This document shows, in pieces, positions 1-14,400 of a stretch of DNA of 33,000 bases. The stretch's first letter is position 1; every line of letters begins with the position of its first letter. Source of the stretch: Paragordius varius (Eukaryota > Animalia > Nematomorpha); contig OZ176052.1 in NCBI GenBank assembly GCA_964247055.1, forward strand, positions 2,914,001 through 2,947,000. The letters are read 5' to 3'. The notes below the pieces were generated by a model, which was not told where the DNA came from, ran no database searches, and saw only the letters and a program-made list of their open reading frames with translations. A program made the position numbers and the translations under genes.

Positions 1-684
1 TTTTATTTAAGATTTCTCATGTTTCAAATTATAAATAAAGCCTAAATCTTTATAAATTACTAAAAAAAGTTTATTTCTACCAGATTTATTACTTAAAGGG
101 ATTGCTTAATCATTCATTAAAAAATCATTAAACATGTATATATCCATTACTTGGCATCCTAAATAATATTATTAAGTAATGGGTAAAGTTTTTTTATATG
201 AATGAATGAATCTGTTCGGATTGTCATATCGTTTTATATTTTCTTTTAAAAACCTATTCTTTTATAAATTATTGTTTTGAAAGTTTTTTTAACAAGATAA
301 TCATGGTTTATTTGCAACTTAAGGCAATTTTTAACCAATATGAATGCAAATTATTTGATTAAGAAAATTTTAAAATTTAAATTGAGTTTTGCGGTCAAAA
401 ACTAAAAATGTCCGATGTAATGTGGTAATTCATTTTAATATAATGGCTACATGTATTCGATATACAAATAAGTATTTGACTACTGCCCGTTTAGGATAAA
501 TCTAATATTGTAAAAATATGAAATGTATAAAAATTATTAATATTTTTATTTAAATATTTGTAGTATATACATTGATACGAATGAAATTTTATATACAGTC
601 AGTCGATAATGCAAATTCCAATACCAATAATAATATATTAAAGGGTTTAAAATTAATTTTTAGCCGTTAAAACAAATATATTAC

Positions 685-3600
685 CTTATAAAGCTTGAAA
701 GTTTAGGTGACCGGGGTAATTTTGTATTGCACAAATGTTTGAGAGAAAAATAGGCAGAATATCCTTTAGAAAATGTACAAGTAAGCCCATATATATAATA
801 TAGAGGTATTAAAGTTTTTGTCTCGTTGTGCTGTTGTGGACTGTTATGATAGGCATTAAGGATATCATCATTTTCACTTATAATATTTTGATCAAATCTA
901 GCAATAATAAGTAAGTAGGTATAACAGACATACAAACATTTTTTTTGAAAAAAAAATGTTAAAATATGTAAAATTTAGGGTACAAAATTTATTCTTAGAT
1001 ACTTTAATAATTAAAATCAAAAATGTATATCAAGGATAAATTTACTAAATAATAATAATAATAAAGTTTAATAATAAGGAGTTTTAATGATTAGCAATTA
1101 AATATTATATAAAAATTAAAACTACGCTAAATACTTTAAAATCGAGCAATAAATATAAAAAAACATGCTTAATAATTTGCATAAATAAAAAACTTTACTG
1201 ATATAAAAACTATTTGGACTCAACTTATACCTTAACCACAAAATGTCACCAGCTTGGGAAGTAAGATAAGAGTTAATAGATTGATATACTTCGTGTAAAA
1301 CTTCGTCACTATCATTAAAATCTCCATTTCTCCCAATGGCATATTCTAACATTTAAAAATAATTTCTCATATATATTATTTATGTAAATAATAAAAATAT
1401 ATTCAAATAAATTTGATAAATGAACGTTATTATATCGAATATATATATGTATATAATTTAACATTATAATAAATGTCAGCTATTTTTATAAAATATTAAT
1501 TATTTTAGTATAATCAAGAAATTTAAATTTTTAAACTATAATATTTAAAAATATTTCATATTTATCAATATTTTAAAAGAAATTGATTAGAATTTTCAAG
1601 ATACTATATTATATTTTACTTTGAGTATGTGAGACAGGAACCGGATTGTTTCCAATTTTAAGGTAAATGCGAATGGATCTATCCAAAGGTCCGGTGGCCT
1701 CTATCAGTTTTGGGAGACATTTGGAAAAAAGATCAATCGATAAAATACGAATGTTCATGTCAAACATACCATAAACTGGTCTGTGATAATAAAATAAAAA
1801 AAAAATTGCGATTATATATATATAAAGAATGTCTCAAATGGTATAAATTTCAAAAATGTTTTAAGATTGCAAAAAAGATGCCATAATTAGAATTAGAATT
1901 CAGTTTTATCAATAAAAATATATTTAGTAATGCGGAGATAGCTAATTTAAATTATAAAAATTAAAAACAAATATGTATATAACAACTATATTGTTATATA
2001 CATCTTTTATACACATACGATATATTATTAGCACAAAATAATTTGATTCCGAATATTCAAGCATTGATTTTAAACTCTATCAACATTATTAACTATTCAT
2101 TAAAGTTTCGACCTCATCTTAACTACTTGAAAATGCTAATGATATACTAGTGGAATCACAAAAAATTTGGAAAGTTATCAATAATGAAAGAGTATGTTTG
2201 ATCCTATAAAAATGTTAAATAAAAAAACTGTTATGTAAACCAAACTACTCTATTATTCTGAATAAACCTTTTATTAAAAAAAATTAAAGGTATATAAATA
2301 TCGCCTAAAGGGTTTTTCCTAAAATTTTTTCCCACCCAATACTATAATATAATACAAAAACACAGTAAATAATCAATCTTTACCTATGATCTGAGCTAGT
2401 CAGTTCCGCACGATTATAAACCAAAAGTTTTAAACCATTGCTAATTTTGCCGTTCGCAGTATTTTTAGTATCGGATTGATTTTGGTTAAAACCAGGTCTG
2501 TCTTTCCAATGTCTCCATAGAATACGATCTGTCCAAGCCGGTATTCGATTTTTTTCCGATGTGTCATAATGCAAAGAGCCAACATCATATTTGTAAGTTG
2601 GGGCAAATGACAATGGTCCTTCACAGAAATCTTGAAATGCCTGTTTTTATTTTTTTTGGGAATGTATAGTTTTACAACAATAATTATATGAAATTTAATC
2701 CTTAAGCGTTCGTTTTAATTTCAAACTTTAATTACAAATTTATTTTAAAACACTTAAAAATTACACTAAAAAACTTTTCAGTATAACTTTTTAAACACTT
2801 CAAATTAATTTTTAAACTTTCACCGTGTATGATAAAATATCACCATTTTTGCCTAAAAAATGTGTTCTATGTAATTTATTTTTTGTTTTTTAGCTTTACC
2901 ATACCTAATAAAAAAGTAATTAAAATATTAAATTTTTTTACCCTATCTCTTAGTTATTAAACATTATTTATATATTATAATATAATTCCAAAAAATTACC
3001 AATCCATTCTTGATCTGATTGGTCAATTGTTCAGCCTCTGTTAACTGAGTCCATTTCAAACCCCTAACGTAATCTTTAACATTGTCTATGGGCATATCGA
3101 TACGATAATTAAAATCACCAAACCAAAATACATAATCGCATGTTTGTAATGATGATTGCTAAAAGTATATGAAATAAATAAATTAAATTTTTAGAAATGA
3201 ATAATCACAAATATTATATACCGAAAAAAACTGATTTTAACAATATTGAAAATACCGTAAAATTACATTTTTCATTCAAATAACAATAATATTGGTCGTT
3301 TAAAATAAAAACAAAAAAATCTATCATCTTTAAATAAAAAAAGTTAAAAAGGCCATTATTTGATTGATTCGTTCAGAAAAATCGTAAATATCCGTTTTTG
3401 TCCAATTCGCACAAATAATATTGCTCTAAAAATAGGTTCCCTCCTAAACAGGTAATAAAAAACAGCATTAAAAAAGTCAAATTTGACTGTATCATCGCGC
3501 AAATATACATATAAATTTTATTTACGAAAATTTTTTTATTAAATTTTCAAAATGTATCAATAATTCATATATAATTTTTACAATTTTCGAAGTGATTTCA

Positions 3601-6600
3601 GCAAAATCATTATTGCGTTCGCGTGTTTGGCTTTGCCCTGCGGCCAAATGAGCACATATGAAAGCAAGGGAAGAACATCCAAGAGTTACTTTGAGAAATA
3701 TGGCACCCTTATTACCAGTCGTACCACCCAGGCCTGTTTTCACTTTGGTGATGGAAACATCTCTAAACACAAATTTAAAAATTAAAATATATTTTAATAA
3801 TCTAACATGTTAAATATTTGGATCAACTATGCTAAAAGAATGGTTTTTAAAGTTTATTTTGCAAAAAATATAATAATTAATACTTAATGGCAAAACTAAA
3901 AATCACATAATTTTTATGCAAAAAGAATGCACTTTTTAATGACCACTTTTGTTCAATCTAATATTTAAAGATAATTTTTCATTTTCATTTTTAAATCTTA
4001 ACATTGATGGTGCGAAAAAAGTATTTTTTATAAATAATAAATAAACTAAAATAAAAAATTAACTTTCATTACCTTATATAAGGGACTAACGTTTGATGAA
4101 CAAACAAAAAAATACAGACACCCACCAATTGTGAAGATGTAACTGAAACAAAACGGCCTTTTAGCTTAAGTAAATCAAGCATTTGAGATTCCCAATAAAC
4201 CTGGTTTTCAATACTAAATTATTTATTAAAAAAAGTTGAATTATTATAGAAAAAATAATAATAATTTATTTAATATGGACTTTGCTAAAAAAGCATATAG
4301 AAAATCGTAAATACTTTGTTATTGCAATATTTTTGGCATTGAGATCAATTATTTCTTGGAAACCGACCACATACATATCAGGTATAATATCCTCTTTATC
4401 TGAAATCAAAATTATTATAGATATACCATTTTCCAGTCAAAAGACCACATTTTTTAACCATATTAAAAGAATTGTCTATAATTAAACATGTTGTCATTTA
4501 AAATAATGTTGCTTTTGGTTAAAAAATGTTGCGTTTGGTTAATGTTTGACTCTAAAACGATATATGCAGAAATTATTGCAGAAATTACTAGTTTATCTTA
4601 TTTAATGTCGGATATATAATGATGATATTCAATTAATCTAAACCAATTAATCCGAAACTTCAACAATTTTTTTTAATTCTATAAAATAAAATGGTATATA
4701 TATATATAGATTTGTGTGACAAAATTATTGATTTTTATAATAATTCTCATATATCCAACTCTAATCTTATATAAAACTATTATCAATAAAATTTATTCAT
4801 TTAACACATATTTTTTTCAAAAAACAGTCAAAACACAAATAAAAAAATATCCAAATTATAAAAATTTCGAACCTTTAGCAATACCATTGTAGTCTCTACA
4901 ACCAGTCTTATATATGGGTGTGGTAAGCCATTTACATAAATTATCAGTATCGCTGGCATTTAGTATTTTCCCTCCATTCACATTCCATGTGCCTATGAAA
5001 CATCTCAACGATCTAGGTTCACTTATTTCATGGTACCAGTAATACAGTGTTTCACGTAATTCGGTAGATACTATTTTTTGATTTTAAGAAATTGGTATAC
5101 ATTTTCACCCTTAAACAATTCCAATTCACCCTTGAACAATTCAAATTCACATCAAATAAAGTATAAATTTTTTAAGATTAAAATAACCTATATTAAAAAA
5201 ATATTTTTTTTAAAATTAAAATAATACTGAAAAAATAATATATGCCATAAAGATGTATTTTATATTAAACGGAATATTATTCGAAAACACATAATTTATT
5301 TTTGGGGTGAATTTGAATTGTTTGAGGGTGAATTTGAACTGTAAATGGTATATAACAATTTTTTTATTTGAGATGATGAATTCAGGTAATTTTTTAGGAT
5401 TTTTATTATAGCTATAAAATGTTATAAAAATAAATGATTAAAAATATTACCAATCTTTACGAAGTGAAATATTGTAGAATTTTAAGAAAATGCGTCTAGA
5501 TGTTAATGACAAAATACTGTATAATTTTTTGTAAAAAATATAAATAGCTGTAATAATCGCCTCCCCTACAATAACATTCCTTAAATTAATAACAAACTCT
5601 TTTCAATAAAAGATAATAACAATACACACCTTATGTCCAATCATATCTATTTTATCCATATATGGTAAATAAATTATTTCTGTATTTTAGATATTTATAT
5701 ATAATATATTTATAAAAAAAATTTAAAATCTTTAAAAAAAATATACTCCATTGAGTTCCTATGGGGAACATGTATTGCAAAAAAGCCGTATAAAATTCAA
5801 TTCGAGTTGCATTAACTTGAACCGGATTAAGTAATAAATCTATAGCAAGTTGTCTAGCCTCATCCAAAAAATTGCTTTGAATCGTTCGACTTACTGAAAG
5901 GGCACCCTCTTTAAACTATTATATATATATATATATATGTATCGTTGTATTAGGAAAATTAAATAATAATATATATGATTATCTTTGTAAAATTTTAAAA
6001 ACTTAGGTTTTTAGATTTTAAAGTATAAATTTTCCACCATTTTACCATTTTTTGGTGAAAAATTATCGTTTAAATCTTTTTTGTGCATAACTAATTAAAC
6101 GCATGAATTGTAGAAATCTTTTTTTCGGAAATTTCGTAATTACATATGTTTTATGAAACTTTTATTCATTTATAAATATTTTTTTTAAATTTTTAAGCTG
6201 GTTTGTTTTTGTCAAAATTTATGGTTGTGCAATCCGTATTTTAAAGATATTCTTTTGGTTATTTAATCATAAAATTTAATTACTTTTCCTTTAAATTCCA
6301 TGGCATTCGTTCCGGCATAAATATAACTTATTTTATCACCATTCGCTGTCCACATTGAACGAAACATCTCTTCGAATCGAGATATGATTGGGGTATCATT
6401 TAACCCCAAGGCAAATAACTGATAAGCTAAAATCTAACATTAAAATAATATATATATATATATACAATTTTAAAAATTTTAAAGTGAAATCTTATACCAA
6501 TGTAAATATTGTTTTGCGTAATCAATATTTTATAATTATTAATTATAATTAAAAAGGATATAGAGTCGTTGAATATAAAATATTTTTTGATAATCGATTT

Positions 6601-9600
6601 ATAATTATATATGGAAGTGTTATTATAATAGTATAAACACAATATTTGATGGACTATATTAGTTTATTTTATAAAATAAAAAAGGCAAAAAAGAATTCAG
6701 TTTATATATGTTAAAAACAAACCTTTCGCGCAATATAACTTTGCGTGGAATTTGTCCTATCAATACAATCCACACAATTGGTCCGTATAAAAACTAAAAT
6801 AAAAAATGACAAAATATTAATTAAATGAACATTATTATATAATGTAAAATTTAACAATTTAAATCGCTTAGTCAGTTGTAAATTTAAGTTTAAATTCGCT
6901 TAGGATTAATTATATGTTTATGGTCAAAATTTATTAAATTAGATATAATACAGTAAAAACTGAAATTATACGGACAAAACGTAAAAATATATAGACAAAT
7001 ATTTTTTTCCAAAAGACAACCATATTTTTTATTTTTTGATTTATTTCAATATAACTCATTGTTTTAAATGGCAAAGTGTGAAATAGAGATATATAATATT
7101 AACATAATCAATTCTATATTTTGCAATTGTAACTAAGTAGCTTATATGGGAAACATTTAGGTTTAAAAAGTATGGTTGTCTTTTAAATCAAAATATTTGT
7201 CTTTATATTATCACGTTTTGTCCGTATTCAATTTTTACTGTATATTTTTCGCTTTTTTTATATTTATGTTTTCTTTAATTTAAAAATATAATCAATAGGA
7301 AAATTTTGATATATAAAAACCTAATAGCTCAAAAAACATGTATGAAAGTGAATTCGAAATGTTCAAAGATTAATTTAAAGTGTTATTTAATATATTATAC
7401 AAAATAGGTAGGTAGTGCTTACTATTTTGCATGGAATGCGGTTGAGTATCATTACCAGTCAGGGTAGAATAATGAGATTTTACATTCGACATGTAAAATA
7501 AGCCTAAAATGCCATTTAAATTATTACCAAAATTATTATTTTTATCGTTGCAAACACCTACTACTAAATTTTCATTCGTCGCGTTAGCATTAATATGAGT
7601 TTGTTGAGATTCTAATTCTGATTGTGTAGTAGTATTGTTAAATAAATTTGTGTCCTTAAGTTTATGTAAGGATGGATATATTTCATGCTTCCACAAGGAT
7701 TCTAAGGCCAAGCCAGCTAACCGTGAACTGGTCCGGCATTGTGCATGATAATCAAACAGAATAAAGGGAATTAACTCATGGAATGTTGAGATTTTATGAT
7801 GATCCTATATTATAAAAAAATGAATTTTTCATAAACTTTGATTCTATAAATTAAGTATTAATTTTTAGGATAAGAGATTAAATTAATATATTTTTTGAAA
7901 TGTCATCTTGTCAAAACGACTAAACCCCGCGCAAAAGATTTGAAAAACTAAAGTTTTATTATAAAATCAAGAAATCTCATCATCTATCATTAGTCGGCGT
8001 AAAACTGCAAATTTTATGCGATGAATATCCGTATAAAACGTATTTTTTATTATAAATTTTTAGGATAAATATCTTACTTCATCGGTGAAAAAAGCATTTT
8101 TTATTCGATTTATGGGGGAGAAAAAAATGTTTGTGCGAGTCTAATTGAACAAAATCAAAAAAAGATTTTGCCAACAAAAATCTTATAATTATAAATGGCT
8201 AAAATCATATGACTAATCGGCATGATATGAGGTGTTTAACTGTAAAAATTAAATAAACCCCAAATTTTTTTATTTATCAATCAATTATAATTTCTCGAAT
8301 AATGAGGAAAAAAGTAATTTGACTCTATAAAAGATTAGTACAATGCCAACCATGATAAGAATTGAAATTCATCTCCAAAATCTTTAAAACTAATTTAAAA
8401 TAAATTTTTCGAACTATTCCTTATTTTAAAGTATAGTTAAGAAAAAATATAATTCTGCTTTTAATTATTTTAAATAAAATAAATATAAAATTAGTAGTTT
8501 TTAAAAATAATTAATTATGAAAAAAAAATATAATTATATTTTAAAGATTATAAAATATCAATACCTGATAATTTTGACTTAAATATTTTTCGCCCTCTTT
8601 GGATCCCAACAAATTTAGTATGACCAAATTCCCGTATTTATTGGTGAGCAAAGAAAAGTGTCTAAATTAAGGTAATACCGAAAAATAAATTAATATAATG
8701 TTTGAGATTTGCAAATAAAAAAAATTTTTTTCCCCGAAATAAAATCTATTAAATTAATAATGGGGTTAGTTTTTAAGCATTATAGTTATAATAATTATTA
8801 AGAATGTTAAAGGTAAAACCCTAAAATTATGATAATATTAATCTATTTTTCACTTATTACTTTATTTGGATAATTGAAATAACAACTCATTAAAATAAAT
8901 TTAAACCTATATTCAATGTTACCATTAAGATATATAGTCCAAATTTTTATATAATCAAATTATTAAATAGTAAAAATTTTACAACATATTCTAATTCCAT
9001 TAAAACCGGAAAACTTCAAAAATAAAAAATTAATCCTTTTCTCAATAAGACAAAAAAATAATATATACAAATAAGATATATATTATATAAATCGATTGGC
9101 AATGAATATAAACTAAATTTATAATAATTTTTTTATAATGATAAATGAAATTAGGTGAATAAACCGTCAAATAGATGTTAACTTTAATGTTGTATAAAAG
9201 ATTTTGCAATATAATAATCAAAATAAATTATATAATCTTCATTGCATTTGTCTCTATGTTAAAGCAAGAACTTAGATTTAGAAAAAAACTTTAATTTGTA
9301 GTTTATATTATTTAAAAAAACCCATTTTAGAGATCGTGAAATACCTATCATAAGCTGGACAAGAGGCTTCAAAACCCCGCGATAACTGTATTTTATGTGC
9401 ACCGACTTGAATACCCGTTTGTTCCCAAAAGACTGGAACGGAACCACGGATTTGAACATACGAACTAATCAAAGTTTCATCCAAAATCACCAACTAAATT
9501 ATGTTTGAAAAAATAAGGACATGCAAAATATATATTTATATTATCTGCTCAATTTTGTTTGACAGACTAATTGATAATCAATTTTCATTGATCACCAAAA

Positions 9601-11412
9601 ATAAAGGAAAGAAAATGATATAGGCATTCACAACGGTAAAACAACAAAAATGTTGTTACATCAATATAAAATTATTGAATATATTGATTTTTGGAGCTTC
9701 TACAACTACGATGTTTTATAGAATGCCTAATATAATATGAAAGGAAAAATATCCCCCAAAAAACATAATAAATGAAGAATTTTCCAATTTTTTGACATTA
9801 ATATTCTAATTAATTATCAATTTAACTCTATTTAGCACCTAACTTTATATTATTGAAATGAAAGAAAATAAATCTAAATTATTGTCAAAATTTTCTTCCC
9901 TTCATAATTTGAATAAGTCTATTTTTTATCGAGAACTAATTAAATTATAATATAAAATAATAAATTTTATCCTACATAACTAAACAAAAATAAATAATTA
10001 AACTCATATTTTTGATTTTAGTTTCATTAAAATGACTGATATATACCCCCAACAAACTTTTTCGTTTATATACTGAAAATAATTAAAACTTTAACCGGTT
10101 ATAGCTTAAGTACTAAAAACTTATTTGAAAATCGGAAAACTACAGTGATATAAACACACTGTAATAAAATCATTTAAGAGCTAATTAAATATTAATTTAT
10201 AATACCTGTTCAGTTTCAACAAAATTTGCGACACACCCATTGTCATCAATCCCACGAACATTAAACCGTGTTCCCGCCCTTTCTGCACTGTAACGTGAGA
10301 TGAGAGCTAGCCTTGCTTTGTGAGAACCGGCGTAAGCCGTTTTAATTTCAATGTGACCACAAATGGTTGGGGTGAACCATTTACCTGCATCCTCTGGTCT
10401 GATACCATGTTGCGATAAGTAAGTGTAGGGGATTTTATTCCTGAAATAAAAAAATTTTCTTAGTAATGAGTTGGGATTTTAACTTAAAACATAATTACTG
10501 GGTAAAAAATAGTTAATGTCCACTGCTTAAGAATGCAGGAATTTAGGGTAATAAACAGTTTTTAATAATTGGAAATGCTGTTAATTTAAAAGAGCTATAC
10601 ATATCGCAGTTATAACATTCTTAGGTGTATTTAAAATAAATTAACTAAACATGAATTTGACTAAATTAATTTTTTAATTACAAAAATACTTGATTAAAAG
10701 CAATAGCAATCTCAATTTAGCGACCTAAAACCTTTAAAAAACCCCTAATTAGGGTAAAAAATATAATGCTTTATACGCCTAAACCCAAAGAGCATTATTC
10801 ATATTAAGATTTACAAATCTAGAAGATAGTTTGTTAAAATTTACCAAATTAATAAATAATAAATTTTGTACCAAAAGAATCGTTCGTCTGTTTCATCATT
10901 TGATTGAATCCGTTGAAACGATAACGTGAGATCAAATTTTAAATCCGAAGAATTTTCAGAAACGGAAAAGTAGAAAGATCCTGAACTCAAAAACCTTTTA
11001 AGTTCTGTTATCCCAATGTATTCCTCTTCAAAAAGAATATGTGAATTGATGCATATAAATTGCACCGATGTGATTTTGTAAATTTCAGATTCAAACAGTT
11101 TCCCAACTGATACACAACCAGTAACCAACACTAAAAATTTACCATTGTGGTTGGCTTTTAGTTATAAAAAATATTAAACCAAAAGATAATTCAATCAGGC
11201 CCAAACAACAGTAAGCATCAAATCCACGGTTATATTGAACGCGTGATGTTAAAAATGTTGATTTATCTAATTATTTTTTTATATAAATGAAAATTACCAA
11301 TTTCATACACTCCATCGTGCTCAAAAAATAAATATCCGTATTTTGTTTCGAATAAAGCTCCGTTTACCTCTTTGTCTTTGGTGTAAACCAAAACAGTTTT
11401 TCGCAAGCTCAT
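685..11412 (-). CDS. SYNJ1: Synaptojanin (Sac1 phosphatase + inositol polyphosphate 5-phosphatase + RRM-like domain), multi-exon; 3' end uncertain
   Basis: Manually spliced GT-AG exons with consistent phases: 11412-11298, 11266-11180, 11154-10872, 10440-10206, 9493-9345, 8661-8565, 7804-7423, 6793-6723, 6433-6284, 5915-5747, 5070-4873, 4399-4315, 4213-4073, 3762-3582, 3158-3000, 2640-2384, 1780-1620, 1345-1231, 897-685. Sac1 motifs: [37 protein letters not shown], catalytic [12 protein letters not shown] (CX5R). 5-phosphatase motifs: [58 protein letters not shown]. The last exon ends either at the AG|GTAATA donor (685/684) or at the adjacent TAA (683-681). Confidence 0.95.
4424..4562. mobile_element. 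Degenerate copy of the short TACCAT palindromic MITE
   Basis: TA|TACCATTTTCCAGTCAAAAG... and AAAAATGTTGCGTTTGGTT are shared with 17004-17118. Confidence 0.6.
5098..5350. mobile_element. MITE family A copy (opposite orientation) in a synaptojanin intron
   Basis: 21-bp repeats at both ends; right end GAATTTGAACTGTAAATGGTA|TA. The core is the reverse complement of that in the 16178 copy. Confidence 0.8.
6951..7240. mobile_element. Tc1/mariner-type MITE with CAGT termini and TA target duplication
   Basis: TA|CAGTAAAAAC..ATACGGACAAAACGT..AGACAAATATTTT ... AAAATATTTGTCT..ACGTTTTGTCCGTAT..TTTTTACTG|TA, giving ~55-bp imperfect TIRs. Confidence 0.75.
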
Positions 11413-11473
11413 AGCAACTTAAATCCTACTAAAATCAGTACCCATACAATTTAGCATAATCACATAAAATGTG
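11413..11473. promoter_or_regulatory. Putative bidirectional promoter / shared 5' region of synaptojanin and WDR24
   Basis: Divergent ATGs 61 bp apart. Each has an in-frame TAA shortly upstream and each aligns near the homolog's conserved N-terminus. Confidence 0.6.
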
Positions 11474-14400
11474 ATGTTATTTAAATTGGAGGCACCTTTA
11501 AATGCCATAAGCGTGTGCAATAAAAGCCAATGCCTTGCTATAGCTGGGCGAAATCTGTTGAAAGTTTACAATATTCGGATAGAAATCGGCCATCCCATCA
11601 AAATAGAAGAACTTATGAATTTAAGACGCGGACGCAATTTGAATCAAGGTTGTACTGATATATCATGGAATCCAGAACAAACCAACATTTTAGCCTCAGC
11701 AACGGCTAATGGATCCCTTATTTTGTGGGATATGGAAAAAACATCTCCCACCAAACAAACTAAAACAATAACCCAACATACAAGAGCTGTCAATCGATTG
11801 TGTTTTAACCCTGGAAATTCTAACATTCTTTTAAGTGGTTCTCAGGATGGCTCAATGAAATGTTTTGATATAAGGAATCAACAGACAACTCATATATTTT
11901 CAGGGTAATCAAATATTAATTAGAAAAATTTGCTAAATTTTATCAAATTTTATATAGAGATACAAAAATTTATCGATTGAACTCTTGTTAGAAATACTGA
12001 CAGTGTACGAGATGTCAATTTTAATCCACATAATACCAATGTCTTTGCTGCGGGCCAAGAAAACGGTACAATTCAATTATGGGATCTTAGAGCTCCTGCA
12101 ACACCCTATAGAGAATTCTCGGCTCACAATGGACCAGCTTTTTCATGTGAATGGTACCCATATTCACCAAATTTGCTTGGTTCAGCTGGTCGCGATAAAT
12201 TTATAAAGGTGTTTTTTGAATCATTTTTTTAAATTTTTATATGACATAAACTAAATTTATTAATAATTAATTAATTACAGCAAAAAAATGGAAATAAAGT
12301 TTACATATATAAACCTTAATGATAAAACTCACTTTTTCCCTTATTTGCCAATAATATTAAGAGTAATGCTAATAATAATTTGCCTTTATTACTATAATAT
12401 TAACATAACATTTATAATGAAAATCATACTCCCTATTATACAAGTAACATGATAAAATTTTGATTAACTTTTTCAGTAGTAGTTTTTTTAAATTTTTGTC
12501 ATTTCTCTTGAGTTCTCATGTATAAAAACTACATGTTAATTTTGACCTTAAACTGACCATAAAAATGTATTATGGATTTTGCAAATACATATTTGATAAA
12601 TTACACATAAATTTGAATTCTGTTGTATTTTATGTTAATTTTTTTTTGTTTTGTGGGGCGGAATAGGTTTGGGACATATCCTACCTTCCAAGATTAGAAA
12701 AAAGTTTGCAATCTTTTGCCTCCATATCCCGTATAAAATGGAAACCAGTAGAACATTCCAAAAATACTTTTACGACCGCTGACAATCCGATTGAAAACGG
12801 TTCATTTGAATTGGTTAGCACATGCTTAGTATTCGATCATAATGTAAATTTGTGGGATTTACAAAAACCTTGGACACCTCAATTCTGTTTTTATCCACAC
12901 AATGATATTGTTACCGGTTTATTTAATTTATTTTTTGGCAAACTAATTTTTTTGGGTAGCCGGACTAAATAAACTTTTTGGGGATGTTTATGCTTGTATA
13001 ACCTACAAAAATATATTTATTATATTTTAGATTTAAAAAAACACGGTCAATATCGATTTTAATATTTAATTTAATATTATTATTATCATAACATTTATTT
13101 AATATCAATTTTTTAATTATTTATCAATGTTGAATTTACAATTGCTATCATATTGCATTTTAGGCATTAGTTGGTATACACCACACTTGAACGATAACGA
13201 CACATCATACATTGTCTCATGCAGTAAAGACGCCACCTTAGCAATTTATAAACCGCCTGATTGTGTTACTACTCCACATTTAAATCTTAATGATACATTT
13301 TATTATACACCATGTCAGTACAAGGTACAACCTTTTGCTTTGGATTGGAGTTTTAGCGGTACAAATCATTCAATGTTAGCTAGTGTTGAACCGCTGTCAT
13401 TATCTCTTAATTTAAAAGAAAATGTAACATCAAAAACTCCTCTAGATAATTTGTTGCATCTTATGACAGATTTAAACATTTTCGATAATCAGTTGCAGGA
13501 TAAAGATTTAAGTGCTTCTTGGAATTTAGTGTCTACAGATGGGAGGAGAGATGTTCTAGAAAAGTTATTACTTTCAAACAACATGTCGCATACAGATTCA
13601 ATGGAATCCCATATGATTGACAATAATACCAAAAATGATGCGGACCTATCGGTAGAATACATAAGTACAGGAATCGATATAACTGACATGTCGGGGGATC
13701 AAATCATCTCTGAACAAACGTTTATCATGACTGCGCAGCAAGGGGAAAATTTTAAGCCGAATGGTACCATTTCTGATTCGCATGGTTTCACTTTGGTCTC
13801 ATACAAAAAATTATCATCACGTAAAAACAAAGCTAAAAATCTTACTTCGACTCGTGGCATGGACTTATCAAAAGAGTGGATATCTCAGAAAAAGAATGAT
13901 GAAAGAATCACAACTCAAGCATATACTGCAGATATTTTACCACAAAGTGCCATGCGAAAAAATTTATCGCTCCAATTTACAAGTTTTATAGCGTCATATT
14001 TAATTTTTTATTTTCTTACATCACGTCATACGGAATAGTAGTATTTAAGTGTTTTTAGATAAAATTTGTTTCGATTTGGACATATGTATTAAAAGCGTTT
14101 GATTGGAAAATTATTATATAATTCAAAATATTGTTCAGTCTTTTTGTAAATTTAGGCCTTTTTATTTATCATTATTTAATAACAATCTGTTATTAATATT
14201 TCTAGCCTTTAGTTTTAAACTAAAATTGTACATTTCCCGATATCGATTGAAATTTTCTTGGTTTTATATTTCAACTCTTTTGCTTGGTAGAAAAAACGTA
14301 ATAACGATCAATTTTTTTAGATTAGTTTTTATCACTTAAAAATTTGAAAAGAGACAACACAAATTTATTAATAAATTAAATACTACAGAAACAAACTTGT

